Both the position numbers and the translations under genes were made by a program. A stretch of DNA of 64,000 nucleotides from Candidatus Hydrogenedentota bacterium. GTDB lineage: Bacteria > Hydrogenedentota > Hydrogenedentia > Hydrogenedentales > JAEUWI01. The notes under the pieces were generated by a model that worked only from the letters and a program-made list of their open reading frames with translations, made no database searches and was not told where the DNA came from. The stretch spans positions 2,584 through 66,583 of the forward strand of contig JAXMOL010000045.1 in assembly GCA_034669905.1 (NCBI GenBank), in the 5' to 3' direction. Positions 27,613-39,322 of this stretch are shown piece after piece (position 1 is the stretch's first letter; each line of letters begins with the position of its first letter).

Positions 27613-29145
27613 TCACTCCGTGGGCAGGCCGGGGTCGTAGTTGAGCAACTCGGGAGCCGAGCAAAAAGGGGCGGCGGGCAGGCCATCGTGGTTGTAGAGG
27701 TGGCAGTGTTGTGGATCGATCGCATAGGCATATCGTACGGCGATGGGGGCGGACACCGCTTCACTTTGTACGACAAGGGTCTGGCCCTCGATGCTTGCCT
27801 GCGCCTCGTGCCACTGGCCGTCGGCATCGGCTACCTCAACGTGGTGGAGGGGGAGGCTCGGGTTTTCGTTCGGGAGTTCCAGCCCTTTCTTGACGGCGCT
27901 CATCAGTCCCCTGTCGGCATGATCAAAGTGAACCGTTACCTGTCCATCTGCAATCGTCGCATTGCGAAAGAGGGGGCCGCTGAAGGCGATCTCTCTGCCG
28001 TAGGTCTTGGCCAGGGCCCAGCGGGCAAGGCGCTCGCCCACATCAATCTTATTGGGCGGATGGATGTCGCCGTCGAGGAGGTCGATGGTGACGGCCATGC
28101 CCGTATTGGGCAGGGTGGCGCTCAACCGCTGTTCTTCCCGGAGAAGGGGCCAGCCGGGACCCGCGCCACTCCCCGGCAGTTGCACAAAGTAGACCGGCAT
28201 CGTTGGATTGTTCATGGCCGTGCGCCAGCCCTTAATGAGGGCGGCCATCTTGTGGCGGTAGTCCCTGGGGTCTTCCTGGGTTCCGCAGTTCGATTCGCCC
28301 TGATACCAGATGAAACCCCGCACGGGAAAGGCCGTGATGGGGGCCAGCCGGGAATTGAAGAGCCGCCCGGGAAACCAATTCTCGTCCCGCGCCCGTACAC
28401 CACCGGGAAGTTTCCAGATGCCTTCGAGATCGTTGGCATCACCCAGTTCCAGTTCCCGCTCCAGGGTGGGGTGCCCCGTGAAGGCCTCCCGGGGGATAAA
28501 AGGCTCGATGGGCGTGCCGCCCCGCGAGGTGTCGATGATGCCCATAGGAATGTTAAGTGCTGCGTGGAGATTCCGGGAAAAATAAAATGCCGCCGCCGAG
28601 AATCCCGCCACGGACTCGGGCGTGCATACGACCCAGTCGCCCTGCTCGGCCAAATCGCTCAAGGGGCTTGCCGCGCCATTACTCCCAATGCGCCGAAAGC
28701 GTATCGCGGGTAAATTGGCGGACGCGATGTCGTCCTTGGCCCGGGGCAGTCGTGCGGCCACCGCGTTAACGCTCATGGCCATATTCGATTGGCCGCTGGC
28801 GTGCCAGACATCGCCCACGACCACATTTTTGAGTGATACGTTCTCTCCATTTCCCTGGACACGGAGTTCCTGGCCCGCTGCGTTCGCCTTCAGGGGAGGC
28901 AGCGTGACTTTCCAGGCACCATCCTCCTGCGCGACCGTCGAGACCGTTGTACCCGCGAAGCTTACGGCTATTTCATCCTTTGCATCTGCCCAGCCCCACA
29001 CGATAACGGGGCGTTCCCGCTGGATTACCATGTGATCGCCGAAAATACCGGACACCTGCAGGGCTGCGTCCGCGGAGATTTGGGGGCCAAGAACCAGGAG
29101 AAGGGGGGACAAGAGAAGAAAGGCAATCCGTTGCGTCGTATTCAT
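27613..29145 (-). CDS. Sialate O-acetylesterase (SASA/SGNH), secreted
   Basis: Signal peptide; FGDHMVIQR, GDVWHASGQSNM, WYQGESN, DIHPPNK..VGERLA, VRYA...LYN..GLPA.PF. Confidence 0.9.
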   Translation of the reverse strand: MNTTQRIAFLLLSPLLLVLGPQISADAALQVSGIFGDHMVIQRERPVIVWGWADAKDEIAVSFAGTTVSTVAQEDGAWKVTLPPLKANAAGQELRVQGNGENVSLKNVVVGDVWHASGQSNMAMSVNAVAARLPRAKDDIASANLPAIRFRRIGSNGAASPLSDLAEQGDWVVCTPESVAGFSAAAFYFSRNLHAALNIPMGIIDTSRGGTPIEPFIPREAFTGHPTLERELELGDANDLEGIWKLPGGVRARDENWFPGRLFNSRLAPITAFPVRGFIWYQGESNCGTQEDPRDYRHKMAALIKGWRTAMNNPTMPVYFVQLPGSGAGPGWPLLREEQRLSATLPNTGMAVTIDLLDGDIHPPNKIDVGERLARWALAKTYGREIAFSGPLFRNATIADGQVTVHFDHADRGLMSAVKKGLELPNENPSLPLHHVEVADADGQWHEAQASIEGQTLVVQSEAVSAPIAVRYAYAIDPQHCHLYNHDGLPAAPFCSAPELLNYDPGLPTE

Positions 29146-29462
29146 GGTGCGTCTCCAGAGGGGCTGAAAGTACGTGCTGAGTGTAACAAAATCGAGTCCG
29201 GCAATGTGCTTGTCCTGTACTTCACGGCGAACCGAGTGTCTTCGGTCAGAAAGGCAGTCGCAAAACCCTCTCTACGTGGTTCCGTTTGCCCCCTGGGATG
29301 GCGAACTAGGCTTGCCGTGCCCGGGAAAGGCCTCCCGGGTCTCGCCTGAAACGGGCGGTTTCGGTGCCCGTCCGTTGAAAGTAATACTTTTCAAATTGCC
29401 ATCGATGGCGTATACTAGTGTTGGTGGACAATAGGGCCCACTTCTCCGTCGGGAGGCCTCTC

Positions 29463-30581
29463 ATGAGCATCTACCGTCTTGAGCATGAAGACCTGAGCCA
29501 TCTGCTGGAATTGTTAGCGCAGGGGGGACGGCGCCTGGTGGGGCCCACGGCACGGGATGGCACGATAGTTCTTGACGATGTGCAGTCGGTGAATGAACTT
29601 CCGGTGGGGCTGAGGGACCAGCATTCCCAAGGGGGCTACCGCCTCGAAGCCTCGGAAGATGGGTCGGTCTTCGCATTCAATGTGGGCCCGGTTTCCCTCA
29701 AGCGATTTCTATTCCCCCCGGAAAGGGTGCTCTTTCGAACGCGGCGCGTCCAGGGACACCTTGAGGCGGAAGCACCGGAACGGAACGACGGTCCGATCGC
29801 GGTTATCGGAGTTCGGGCATGCGACCTCGCGGCGATGGCAATCCAGGACCGGGTATTCATCGGTGATGCCTACCGAGATGAAGGCTACGCGGCTCGTCGG
29901 GAGCAGCTTTTTATTGTGGCAGTGAACTGCGCATCGGCGGGCCACAACTGCTTTTGCACCTCCATGGGAACGGGTCCGGAAGTGACGGAGAACTATGATC
30001 TCCTGCTCACAGAAGTCATGGAAAAGGCGGACCACTATTTCCTGGTGCAGGCAGGCACGACTGAGGGGGCGGCGATTACGACGAGCCTGGGCGCCCCAGC
30101 GGCCACGACAGAGGAGATGGCGTCCGGGCGGGCCGTCGTGGAAGGGGCGAGGGCATCGGTGGAAAAGAAACTGGATACGAAGGGTATCAAGAGCGTGCTC
30201 TACCAGTGCGCCGAAAGCAACCATTGGGAAGAGGTGGCCAAGCGCTGCCTTTCGTGTGGCAATTGCACCATGGTCTGTCCGACCTGTTTCTGCTCTACCG
30301 TCGTGGACACCACTGATCTCGCCGGTGAGTTTGCGGAGCGCAGCCAGGTATGGGACTCCTGTTTTACCGCGGAATACAGCCAGATGCATGGCGGTGCGGT
30401 GCGGGAGACTACCGGGGCGCGGTATCGCCAGTGGATGACCCACAAATTGGCGGGCTGGCACGATCAATTCGGTAGCTCCGGGTGCGTCGGCTGCGGTCGT
30501 TGTATCACCTGGTGCCCCACGGGTATTGACATCACAGAGGAAGTGAAAGGGCTTCGGGTGTTAACAGAAACGACCGTCTAG
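29463..30581 (+). CDS. hydB: Group 3b [NiFe]-hydrogenase (sulfhydrogenase-type) beta, 4Fe-4S subunit
   Basis: [55 protein letters not shown]. Confidence 0.88.
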   Translation: MSIYRLEHEDLSHLLELLAQGGRRLVGPTARDGTIVLDDVQSVNELPVGLRDQHSQGGYRLEASEDGSVFAFNVGPVSLKRFLFPPERVLFRTRRVQGHLEAEAPERNDGPIAVIGVRACDLAAMAIQDRVFIGDAYRDEGYAARREQLFIVAVNCASAGHNCFCTSMGTGPEVTENYDLLLTEVMEKADHYFLVQAGTTEGAAITTSLGAPAATTEEMASGRAVVEGARASVEKKLDTKGIKSVLYQCAESNHWEEVAKRCLSCGNCTMVCPTCFCSTVVDTTDLAGEFAERSQVWDSCFTAEYSQMHGGAVRETTGARYRQWMTHKLAGWHDQFGSSGCVGCGRCITWCPTGIDITEEVKGLRVLTETTV

Positions 30582-30647
30582 CCGGGCAAGACCTTCGCGC
30601 CCCGTCCGGGGTTGGCCTGTAGACTGCGTCATACATGGAGAAACGTG

Positions 30648-31124
30648 ATGATGAACGGCGATTCGATGATAAAGAGGCTCCTGGAAAGTCATACTTTCGC
30701 CGACCAGTTGATACCAGCCCATATCGACACGCTGGTGGGCCTCGCGGAGCCTCAGAGTTACGAAGTAGGTGACTATCTCACCCGAACAGGAAAGCCCGCG
30801 AACCATTGTTACCTTATATGCTGCGGCCAGGTCACCATAGAATTGTATGAACCGGGGCGGGGTCCCCGTGCGGTGGAAACGCTCAGTCCGGCGGATTCGA
30901 TCTTGGGATGTTCCTGGCTGGTGAAGCCCTATACGTGGTGCTTTGATTCCCGGGCCATCGAGCCGACACAAACCCTGGCACTGGATACCAAAGCACTGCG
31001 GTCAGCTTGCGAGACCGATCATGAATTCGGCTATCAGGTTCTCATGAAGTTTGTCACGGTCTATGCGGAACGGCTGCGCACCAGCCGAATTCAATTGACC
31101 GATATGTATTCCGCGAAAGAGTGA
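30648..31124 (+). CDS. Stand-alone cyclic nucleotide-binding domain protein
   Basis: YL.RTGKPANHCYLICCGQVTIE...LGCSWL...FDSRAIEPT cNMP fold; no HTH. Confidence 0.85.
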   Translation: MMNGDSMIKRLLESHTFADQLIPAHIDTLVGLAEPQSYEVGDYLTRTGKPANHCYLICCGQVTIELYEPGRGPRAVETLSPADSILGCSWLVKPYTWCFDSRAIEPTQTLALDTKALRSACETDHEFGYQVLMKFVTVYAERLRTSRIQLTDMYSAKE

Positions 31125-31136
31125 AGGGAGCTTCGG

Positions 31137-31976
31137 ATGTACACGGGAGAAACAGCTACGATGGTTCCCACGATCCACCAGATCGACCGGGTAATCCACG
31201 AAACGCAGGATACCTTCACCCTGGAGTTACACCATTCCGTAGGCGAACGGGGCGCGGTATTTCGACCCGGACAATTCAATATGATTTATGCCTTCGGCGC
31301 GGGGGAAGCCGCAATTTCTATCAGTGGTTCCCCCCATGAACCGGATCGGCTTACCCATACGGTTCGGGCGGTTGGCACGGTTACCAAAGCATTGGCGACA
31401 TTGAAAGCGGGCGATGAAATCGGAGTCCGCGGTCCCTTTGGAAAGGGCTGGCCAATGGACGCGGCACGGGGTCATGACATCGTCATCGTGGCCGGGGGTA
31501 TCGGTCTGGCGCCCTTGCGTCCTCTGATCTACGAAATCATCCGGGACCGGGGTCAATTCGGAAATGTGGCCCTACTCTACGGTGCACGGTCGCCCGAGGA
31601 TATCCTGTACGAACAGGAAATGCGCGAATGGCGGAGCCGCCTTGATCTGGAAGTGATTGTGACGGTGGACCGGGCCTCGGCCGGGTGGCATGGATGTGTC
31701 GGGATGGTAACGAAATTGATTCCGAAGACGCCTTTTAACCCCTATCGTGCCATCGCCTATGTTTGCGGCCCGGAAATCATGATGAGTTATTCCATCCGGG
31801 AACTCAAGAAGCAGGGGCTCTCCGAGGACTCCATCTTTCTCTCGATGGAGCGCAACATGAAATGTGCTATCGGTCACTGTGGTCATTGTCAGTTCGGTCC
31901 TCACTTTGTGTGCAAAGATGGCCCGGTTTTTCGGTATAAGAAGATCCAGAAAATCATGGATATTCGGGAGTTGTGA
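31137..31976 (+). CDS. hydG: Group 3b hydrogenase gamma subunit (FAD/NAD(P)-binding, 2Fe-2S)
   Basis: [47 protein letters not shown]...CKDGPVF. Confidence 0.9.
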   Translation: MYTGETATMVPTIHQIDRVIHETQDTFTLELHHSVGERGAVFRPGQFNMIYAFGAGEAAISISGSPHEPDRLTHTVRAVGTVTKALATLKAGDEIGVRGPFGKGWPMDAARGHDIVIVAGGIGLAPLRPLIYEIIRDRGQFGNVALLYGARSPEDILYEQEMREWRSRLDLEVIVTVDRASAGWHGCVGMVTKLIPKTPFNPYRAIAYVCGPEIMMSYSIRELKKQGLSEDSIFLSMERNMKCAIGHCGHCQFGPHFVCKDGPVFRYKKIQKIMDIREL

Positions 31977-31977
31977 C

Positions 31978-32784
31978 ATGAGTGGCGGACATAACCAGGC
32001 CCTATCCCAAGAGACGACGAAACCCAAATTGGCGGTGTGGAAGTTCGCCTCCTGCGATGGCTGCCAACTGAGCCTGCTGGACTGTGAGGATGAAATCCTT
32101 ACTGTCGCCGGGGCGGTGGATATCGCCTATTTTCCGGAAGCGACCCGGGCAATCAAGAGCGGACCTTATGACATCTCCCTGGTGGAAGGATCGGTCACGA
32201 CGCCCCACGATCTGGAAACCATCCATACCATCCGACGTCAGTCGCGATACCTGATCGCCATTGGTGCCTGCGCCACGGCCGGCGGCATTCAGGCGCTCCG
32301 AAATTTTGCAGATGTCGGAGACTTTATTTCCGCCGTGTACGCCCATCCAGAGTACATCGATACCCTGGCGACCTCCACACCCATCTCGCAACATGTTTTC
32401 GTCGATTTCGAATTGCGTGGTTGTCCGGTGAACAAGTATCAGTTGCTGGAAGTACTCAGCGCCCTGCTGAACAACCGTAAGCCCAATGTGCCCACCTACA
32501 GTGTCTGTGTGGAATGCAAACGGCGCGGGACCTCCTGTGTGATGGTTTCCCAGGGTATTCCTTGTCTCGGCCCCGTAACCCAGGCGGGATGCGGTGCCCT
32601 CTGCCCGGCTTATAACCGGGGGTGCTACGGTTGTTATGGGCCGTGCGATACCGCCAATACGGCGGCATTGAGCGACGAATGGAAGGCACTGGGCGTCACC
32701 GCAGACGTACTGGCACGGGCGTATCGGTCGTACAACTGCATGAGCGAAGTCTTTCGCGAGGAGGGTGAAAAGCATGCCCCATGA
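31978..32784 (+). CDS. hydD: Group 3b hydrogenase delta (small) subunit
   Basis: [42 protein letters not shown]...CYGC. Confidence 0.92.
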   Translation: MSGGHNQALSQETTKPKLAVWKFASCDGCQLSLLDCEDEILTVAGAVDIAYFPEATRAIKSGPYDISLVEGSVTTPHDLETIHTIRRQSRYLIAIGACATAGGIQALRNFADVGDFISAVYAHPEYIDTLATSTPISQHVFVDFELRGCPVNKYQLLEVLSALLNNRKPNVPTYSVCVECKRRGTSCVMVSQGIPCLGPVTQAGCGALCPAYNRGCYGCYGPCDTANTAALSDEWKALGVTADVLARAYRSYNCMSEVFREEGEKHAP

Positions 32785-34078
32785 AGCTGAAAAGAATCGC
32801 ACGATCAAGGTGGACTACATCGCCCGCGTGGAAGGGGAAGGTGCCCTGCACATAAGGTTGGAGGGCGATCAGGTCGCCGATGTAAAACTGAAAATTTTCG
32901 AACCGCCTCGTTTTTTCGAAGCGTTCCTCCGTGGAAGGAGTTGGACGGAAGTTCCGGATATTACCGCCCGTATTTGCGGTATCTGTCCCATCGCCTATAT
33001 GAGCAGTTCCATTTCCGCGATGGAGTCTATCGCGGGGATCACCGTGGATGGGCAGCTCCGGGAATTGCGCCGGCTGATCTACTGCGGTGAGTGGATAGAG
33101 AGCCATATTCTTCACCTGGCCATGCTACACGCGCCGGACTTCCTTGGGTATCAGGATGCGATCGAAATGGCGGCGGACCATCCGGAGGTGGTGAAGAGCG
33201 CGCTCCGGTTGAAGAAGCTGGGGAACACGCTGATGACGGTGCTGGGTGGTCGGGAGATTCACCCCATCAACTTGCGCGTAGGCGGATTCTACAAGGTGCC
33301 GACGGTGGGCGAACTTCAGGAACTGCGGTCCGAGCTCGTCTGGGCCCAGGGCGCGGCGATTGACCTGCTGGACCTGGTTTCCACCTTTCCCTTTCCGGCC
33401 TTCGAGCGGGATTATGAATTCGTGGCTATGCGCCACCCGTCCGAATATCCGCTGTGGGAAGGCCGCATTGTTTCCACCTCTGGACTCGATATCGGATTGG
33501 AGGAGTTTTTTGACCACTTCGAGGAGGAACATGTTGCCCACAGTACGTCGCTGCACTCCCGATTGAAGGGGAAGGAAGACTACATGGTGGGCCCCATGGC
33601 ACGGTACAACCTCAATTTCGACCAACTTACACCCTTGTGTCATGAACTCGCGGAGAAGTTGGAGCTTGGCCCGCGGTGTAAGAATCCCTTCAAGAGTATC
33701 GTCATTCGTGGCATCGAAACGGTCTATGCCATCGAGGAGGCCATGCGAATCATCGATGCTTATGTGATGCCTGCAAAAGCATTTGTGCCCGCAGTCCCCA
33801 AGGCGGGGCGGGGCTATGGATGCAGCGAAGCACCCCGTGGGCTCTGTTATCACACCTATGAAATCGATGGGAACGGTATCGTCACGGCTGCGCGGATTGC
33901 CCCGCCTACGGCCCAGAATCAGCGGAGTATGGAGGAAGATCTGCGGCAGTTGGTGCCGGGCATCGCCCATCTTGCCGATGACGAGCTGACGTGGAAATGC
34001 GAGCAGGCGATACGGAATTATGATCCCTGTATCTCGTGCTCGTGCCATTTTCTGAAACTGGAGATTGATCGTGGTTGA
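32774..34078 (+). CDS. hydA: Group 3b [NiFe]-hydrogenase alpha (large) subunit
   Basis: ARVEGEG, L1 RICGICP, EAPRG, L2 [12 protein letters not shown] plus a 9-aa cleavable tail. Confidence 0.95.
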   Translation: MPHEAEKNRTIKVDYIARVEGEGALHIRLEGDQVADVKLKIFEPPRFFEAFLRGRSWTEVPDITARICGICPIAYMSSSISAMESIAGITVDGQLRELRRLIYCGEWIESHILHLAMLHAPDFLGYQDAIEMAADHPEVVKSALRLKKLGNTLMTVLGGREIHPINLRVGGFYKVPTVGELQELRSELVWAQGAAIDLLDLVSTFPFPAFERDYEFVAMRHPSEYPLWEGRIVSTSGLDIGLEEFFDHFEEEHVAHSTSLHSRLKGKEDYMVGPMARYNLNFDQLTPLCHELAEKLELGPRCKNPFKSIVIRGIETVYAIEEAMRIIDAYVMPAKAFVPAVPKAGRGYGCSEAPRGLCYHTYEIDGNGIVTAARIAPPTAQNQRSMEEDLRQLVPGIAHLADDELTWKCEQAIRNYDPCISCSCHFLKLEIDRG

Positions 34079-34601
34079 TTCCGCTGCCCTGTTCCCGCGC
34101 GCCCCATCGCGCACGCTCCTTATCGGTATCGGTAATCCGGACCGTGGGGACGACGGGTTGGGTCCCCACATTGTCCGGGCCCTGGCGCCTTCCCTTTCGG
34201 GTATTGTTACGCCCATCATCCACGGAGGCGATGGGGCCACCTTGATGGAATGCTGGCAAGTTTCCGATCATGTGGTGCTTGTCGATTGCGTGCGCTCCGG
34301 GGCGGCCCCGGGAACCCTCCATCGCTTCGACGCACGTCGGGATGAAATTCCCTGCGACTTTTTCCACTACTCCTCCCATGCCTTTGGCGTGGCCGAGGCC
34401 ATTGGGCTCTCACGTACCTTGAAAAGGCTGCCCGAGCGGCTGATTATCCATGGGATAGAGGGCTCGTCTTATGATTGGGGGAGCGGGCTGAGTCCCGAGG
34501 TGGCACGACAAGTCGACACCATCTGCAGGCTCATTTCGGAGGAAGTCAGACCGAGTGGACTCTTGGAGACCGCCACCTGTCAGGAGCATCATCATGCATG
34601 A
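34065..34601 (+). CDS. Hydrogenase maturation endopeptidase
   Basis: [23 protein letters not shown]. Confidence 0.92.
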   Translation: MIVVDSAALFPRAPSRTLLIGIGNPDRGDDGLGPHIVRALAPSLSGIVTPIIHGGDGATLMECWQVSDHVVLVDCVRSGAAPGTLHRFDARRDEIPCDFFHYSSHAFGVAEAIGLSRTLKRLPERLIIHGIEGSSYDWGSGLSPEVARQVDTICRLISEEVRPSGLLETATCQEHHHA

Positions 34602-34959
34602 ACTCAGCATGATAAAGCGCGTTCTGGAAATCGCATGGGATGTCTCCGCACAGCACGGGGAGCGACCCATTCGCGGTATTACGATGGAAATTGGCGCCCT
34701 TCAGCAGATTGTTCCGGAAGCACTCGCGTTCGCCTTTGAAGCGGCCACCACCGGAACCCCTGCGGAGGGGGCGCGTCTGGAGTGGCGCCTGATTCCGCTG
34801 GAAGTGCTGTGCAGTACCTGTGAAGCGCATTACGAGCCCAGTTCTCCTTTCTGGGTATGTCCCTGTTGCGGAAACACCCGCGGTGTCCCCGTGCGGGGGG
34901 ACGAACTGAACGTGGTCGAGGTAGAACTGCTGGATTCCAGTACGGGAGAAAACCCATGA
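34594..34959 (+). CDS. hypA: Hydrogenase nickel incorporation protein HypA
   Basis: MHELS, two CxxC (CSTC, CPCC), GDEL. Confidence 0.95.
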   Translation: MHELSMIKRVLEIAWDVSAQHGERPIRGITMEIGALQQIVPEALAFAFEAATTGTPAEGARLEWRLIPLEVLCSTCEAHYEPSSPFWVCPCCGNTRGVPVRGDELNVVEVELLDSSTGENP

Positions 34960-35624
34960 AAATCGACGTGGTGCAACGGGTAATGAAAGTGAACGACGAA
35001 ATCGCCGATGCCGTGCGCACGGAGCTTCGTCAGGCTGGCCTCCTCACCTTGAACATCATGAGCGCCCCCGGATCGGGGAAGACGACGCTCATTGAGGAAA
35101 CCATCATACGCAGCGCGGGCATGTTGAAAATCGGGGTTATCGAGGGGGACCCGGAGACCTCCCTGGATGCGGAGCGTATTGCCCGGCACAACGTTCCGGT
35201 TACCCAGATTGAAACGGCGGGCGGTTGCCACCTGGAAGCCAACCTGGTCCGGCGTGCCCTCAGTAATTTCGTGTTGGAGGACTTGGACCTGCTCATCATC
35301 GAAAATGTGGGTAATCTCGTTTGCCCGGTTGGATTTGATCTGGGCGAATCGGCCCGCGTCGCCATGGTCAGTACGACCGAAGGACACGACAAGCCCGCCA
35401 AGTATCCCAGTCTCTTTCGAAAGGCCGATGTCGTTTTGCTGAACAAGATGGATCTGCTTCCCTATGTCGATTTTGATTTCGACCAATTTCGTGAGTACGT
35501 CTGGAAGCTGAATGCTGATGTTCCCATTATCGATATGTCCTGCAAGACGGGCGAAGGGTTGGAGGCCTGGTTCTTGTGGATAGAAGAGCGGCTGGAACAG
35601 GAATCGGTCCAACGGGCTTCATGA
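34956..35624 (+). CDS. hypB: Hydrogenase nickel incorporation GTPase HypB
   Basis: SAPGSGKTT, GGCHL, ENVGNLVCP, EGHDKPAKYP, NKMD. Confidence 0.96.
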   Translation: MKIDVVQRVMKVNDEIADAVRTELRQAGLLTLNIMSAPGSGKTTLIEETIIRSAGMLKIGVIEGDPETSLDAERIARHNVPVTQIETAGGCHLEANLVRRALSNFVLEDLDLLIIENVGNLVCPVGFDLGESARVAMVSTTEGHDKPAKYPSLFRKADVVLLNKMDLLPYVDFDFDQFREYVWKLNADVPIIDMSCKTGEGLEAWFLWIEERLEQESVQRAS

Positions 35625-37966
35625 GGTGGCGTAGGATGAAGACAGCGCGCGCACATCCTGAAAACACGTTGTCGGATGGCGCCCGGATATCGTGCAAACG
35701 CATCGAGATCCAGGGCTTTGTTCAAGGGGTGGGATTTCGCCCCTTTGTCTTCAACCTGGCCCGGGACCTGGGACTCAACGGATTCATAGAGAACAACGGA
35801 ACGGGCGTACAGATCGAGGTGGAAGGCGCGCCCCGGAAGGTCCAACAGTTTCTGGCGCATCTGGAGGCGGAAACGCCTCCCCTGGCTACCATCGACCACG
35901 TGAGCAGCACCGATGTCCCGTGTATGCACCGGGCGTCCTTTCGCATTCGGGGGAGTGCCTGTGTGGGGGAGATGACTTCCCTGGTCATGCCCGATGTGGC
36001 CATGTGCTCCGATTGCCTCCACGATATCATGGACCCGGGAAACCGGCGGTATCGCTATCCCTTTACGAACTGCACCAACTGCGGACCCCGCTATAGCATT
36101 ATTCATTCCATGCCTTATGACCGGCATCGGACCAGTATGGCCGGATTCGAGATGTGTGCGGCATGTCGCGCGGAATACGAAAACCCGGGAGACCGACGGT
36201 TTCACGCCCAACCCATCGCCTGTCCGCAATGTGGGCCGCGCATCGAAGTCTGGGACCGAGACGGTGCCGTGATTGCCAAAGAGGAAGGGGCCCTTCTCCG
36301 CGTGGCGGAGGCTTTACAGGCAGGAAAGATCGTTGCACTCAAAGGCCTCGGTGGATTTCAATTGTTGGCAGATGGCCAAAATGACGACGCGGTCTCCCTG
36401 CTCCGTGCCAGAAAACGGCGGGAAGGAAAGCCCTTTGCCCTGATGTGTCCTGACCTGCCATCGGTGCGGGCCCTTTGCGAGGTAACGACCGCGCATGAGG
36501 CACTGCTTTGTTCGGCCCAGTCGCCCATCGTCTTGCTACCGTCGCGGCGGAGCCGTACGGCCATCGCACGTTCGGTAGCGCCCGACACCTACCGACTCGG
36601 CGTTATGTTGCCCTACACGCCCCTTCATCATTTGCTCCTGACTGCTATGGGTCGGCCGCTTGTGGTGACCAGCGGCAACCTTGGCGAGGAACCTATCTGT
36701 ATTGACGAGGGGGACGCGCTGGCGCGGCTCTCGGGGATTGCAGATTTGTTTCTGGTGCACAACCGCCCTATCGTACGTCAGGTGGATGACTCCGTTGTTA
36801 CGGTGGTCGACGGTCAGGCCATGATGATCCGACGGGCCCGTGGTTACGCGCCCGGGCCGCTCCCGGGAACGGGAGGGCTGGATGGGGTGGCGGCCCTTGG
36901 CGGGCATATGAAAAGCACCCTCTGTCTATGCAGAGGGGGCGTCCTGTTTCCCAGCCAACACATCGGGGACCTGGGCAACATGCTCGCGCAGGGGGCGTTT
37001 GATACGACCTACCGCAGCCTGAAAGACCTACTGCACGTGAAGCCAAAGCGAATTGTCCACGATCTACATCCCGATTATGCGAGCACAGGCTATGCCCTGC
37101 GGGAAGGGCTGCCAACGACCGGCGTGCAACATCATTATGCCCACGTGCTATCTTGCATGGCGGAGCACGGCCTGGAGGGGCCGGTATTGGGCGTCTCCTG
37201 GGACGGCACCGGTTATGGAGCAGATGGCACCATATGGGGGGGCGAGTTCCTTCGCTGTACCCGGGAAGGATTCGAGCGTGTTGGCCATTTACGGCCCTTC
37301 CGACTGGCGGGTGGCGACGTGGCCATTCAAGAGCCGCGTAGGGCGGCGTTGGGCCTGCTGAACGAAATGGAGGGGATGGAGCCGGAGTCCCTGCTGGGTG
37401 TGCCCACCATCGACCAGATGGAGGGGCGGACACGCCGAAACATTCAGGCGATGCTTCTGAAGGAAATCAATTCCCCGATGACGACCAGTATGGGCCGGCT
37501 TTTTGACGGGGTCGCCAGCCTGTGCGGCCTCTGCCAGCGGAGCGCATTTGAAGGGCAGGCGGCGATGCGGCTTGAGCGTGCCGCATTCCAATGCACCGAA
37601 GCAGCCTGCGAATTCCACTTCGAAGTGAATCGCCAGGATGGACGGCTGATACTGGATTGGAAGCCGCTCATCGCACAGGTCCTCGATGCGCTTCATGCCG
37701 GGGTATCGGTCAATGCCATCGCCTGTGGTTTTCACCAGGCCCTGGCGACGGGTGTTGTGCAGGTGGCTGGTGAGTTGGGTATGACAGCGCTTGTATTGAC
37801 GGGGGGCTGCTTTCAGAATGCGGTGCTGTCTGAACTGACGAAGAATGCACTGGGGCAACGGGGCTTTACGGTGTATTGCCATCAGGCGGTGCCGCCCAAC
37901 GACGGCGGAATTTCGATCGGACAGGCCTGGTATCGGCCTGCGGGAGTATTGAACTCATGTGTTTAG
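35621..37966 (+). CDS. hypF: Carbamoyltransferase HypF
   Basis: GFVQGVGFRP acylphosphatase domain; CxxC-x18-CxxC zinc fingers; KGLGGF; HDLHPDY; QHHYAH; WDGTG; PPNDGG. Confidence 0.96.
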   Translation: MRWRRMKTARAHPENTLSDGARISCKRIEIQGFVQGVGFRPFVFNLARDLGLNGFIENNGTGVQIEVEGAPRKVQQFLAHLEAETPPLATIDHVSSTDVPCMHRASFRIRGSACVGEMTSLVMPDVAMCSDCLHDIMDPGNRRYRYPFTNCTNCGPRYSIIHSMPYDRHRTSMAGFEMCAACRAEYENPGDRRFHAQPIACPQCGPRIEVWDRDGAVIAKEEGALLRVAEALQAGKIVALKGLGGFQLLADGQNDDAVSLLRARKRREGKPFALMCPDLPSVRALCEVTTAHEALLCSAQSPIVLLPSRRSRTAIARSVAPDTYRLGVMLPYTPLHHLLLTAMGRPLVVTSGNLGEEPICIDEGDALARLSGIADLFLVHNRPIVRQVDDSVVTVVDGQAMMIRRARGYAPGPLPGTGGLDGVAALGGHMKSTLCLCRGGVLFPSQHIGDLGNMLAQGAFDTTYRSLKDLLHVKPKRIVHDLHPDYASTGYALREGLPTTGVQHHYAHVLSCMAEHGLEGPVLGVSWDGTGYGADGTIWGGEFLRCTREGFERVGHLRPFRLAGGDVAIQEPRRAALGLLNEMEGMEPESLLGVPTIDQMEGRTRRNIQAMLLKEINSPMTTSMGRLFDGVASLCGLCQRSAFEGQAAMRLERAAFQCTEAACEFHFEVNRQDGRLILDWKPLIAQVLDALHAGVSVNAIACGFHQALATGVVQVAGELGMTALVLTGGCFQNAVLSELTKNALGQRGFTVYCHQAVPPNDGGISIGQAWYRPAGVLNSCV

Positions 37967-38205
37967 CGATTCCCGGAGAAATCAGGGAAATAGTGGAAAG
38001 CACGCCCCTTGCGCGACAAGGAAAGGTCAGTTTTGGTGGTGTGGTGAAGACCATATCGCTGGTTTTCCTGCCGGAGGCCCAGGTTGGCCAATATGTATTG
38101 GTCCATGCGGGCGTGGCCATCAGCGTGCTGGACGAGGAGGAAGCGTCCAAGGTGTTCACCTACCTGGAGGAGATTGGGGAAATCGATGTGGAGGGGGGGG
38201 AGTGA
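37957..38205 (+). CDS. hypC: HypC chaperone
   Basis: MCLAIPG...VLVHAG.A. Confidence 0.95.
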   Translation: MCLAIPGEIREIVESTPLARQGKVSFGGVVKTISLVFLPEAQVGQYVLVHAGVAISVLDEEEASKVFTYLEEIGEIDVEGGE

Positions 38206-38206
38206 C

Positions 38207-39322
38207 ATGAAGTACATGGACGAATACCGCAATCGCGACGACATTCTGCGCACCGCCGAGTCCATCCGTCGGCTGGCAACACGACCCCATTCAATCATGG
38301 AGATTTGTGGGGGACAGACCCACGCGATTCTACGCTTCGGCCTCGACCAACTCCTGCCAGCTGATATCACGCTGATACACGGCCCGGGTTGCCCGGTGTG
38401 CGTCACCCCCGTGGAATTGATCGACAAGGCCTTGAAACTCGCCACCATGGAAGACGTGATCCTGTGTACCTTTGGCGACATGATGCGGGTGCCGGGGACG
38501 AGCGAGGATCTCATCGGCGTCAAATCCCGGGGCGGGGATGTACGCTTCGTCTATTCGCCCCTTGATGCCGTCGCCATTGCCCGGAGCGCACCCGAGAAGC
38601 AGGTCGTATTCTTCGGGATCGGTTTTGAGACCACGGCACCGGCCAATGCCCTGGCCGTGAAAACGGCAGCGATGGAGGAATTGGATAATTTCTTCATGCT
38701 CTCTTCGCTGGTGTTGGTTCCACCGGCCATGGAAGCCATCCTGTCATCGGACCAATGCGCCGTCAATGGCTTTCTGGGGCCCGGCCACGTTTGTGCCATC
38801 ACGGGCTTCGAAGCCTATGAAGCCATCGCACGGACCTACCGCGTGCCCATTGTCGTTACAGGCTTCGAACCCCTCGACTTGCTCCAGGGAGTACACCGGT
38901 GTGTTCGGCAATTGGAAGAAGGCCGCTTTGAAGTGGAGAACCAGTATGCCCGATCCGTCACGCGGGAGGGGAACCGGGAAGCCCGGAATCTACTGGAGGA
39001 AGTATTCGAGATCGCCCCCAGAAAGTGGCGGGGCCTCGGACCCATTCGCGCCAGTGGTCTTCAATTGACCCCCGCATACCGGAGTTATGACGCGGAGTCC
39101 CACTTTGACCTGGGCGGTATAGTCGCCCAGGAGGCCGTGGAATGTATCAGCGGAGAAATCCTCCAGGGCCTGAAGAAGCCGAATGAGTGCAGCGCCTTCG
39201 GGACGAAATGTATTCCGGACAGGCCGTTGGGCGCGCCCATGGTCTCCAGTGAAGGGGCGTGTTCCGCCTACTACCGATATCGAAGAAACCAGTTGCCAAG
39301 CAGCCCGGGAGAAGGTGGATGA
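38207..39322 (+). CDS. hypD: HypD
   Basis: [27 protein letters not shown]-terminal Cys cluster with [11 protein letters not shown]. Confidence 0.96.
   Translation: MKYMDEYRNRDDILRTAESIRRLATRPHSIMEICGGQTHAILRFGLDQLLPADITLIHGPGCPVCVTPVELIDKALKLATMEDVILCTFGDMMRVPGTSEDLIGVKSRGGDVRFVYSPLDAVAIARSAPEKQVVFFGIGFETTAPANALAVKTAAMEELDNFFMLSSLVLVPPAMEAILSSDQCAVNGFLGPGHVCAITGFEAYEAIARTYRVPIVVTGFEPLDLLQGVHRCVRQLEEGRFEVENQYARSVTREGNREARNLLEEVFEIAPRKWRGLGPIRASGLQLTPAYRSYDAESHFDLGGIVAQEAVECISGEILQGLKKPNECSAFGTKCIPDRPLGAPMVSSEGACSAYYRYRRNQLPSSPGEGG

Noticed and set aside
34015-34050. Selenocysteine in the hydrogenase L2 motif
   Set aside because: DPCISC is encoded by ordinary Cys codons with no in-frame TGA.
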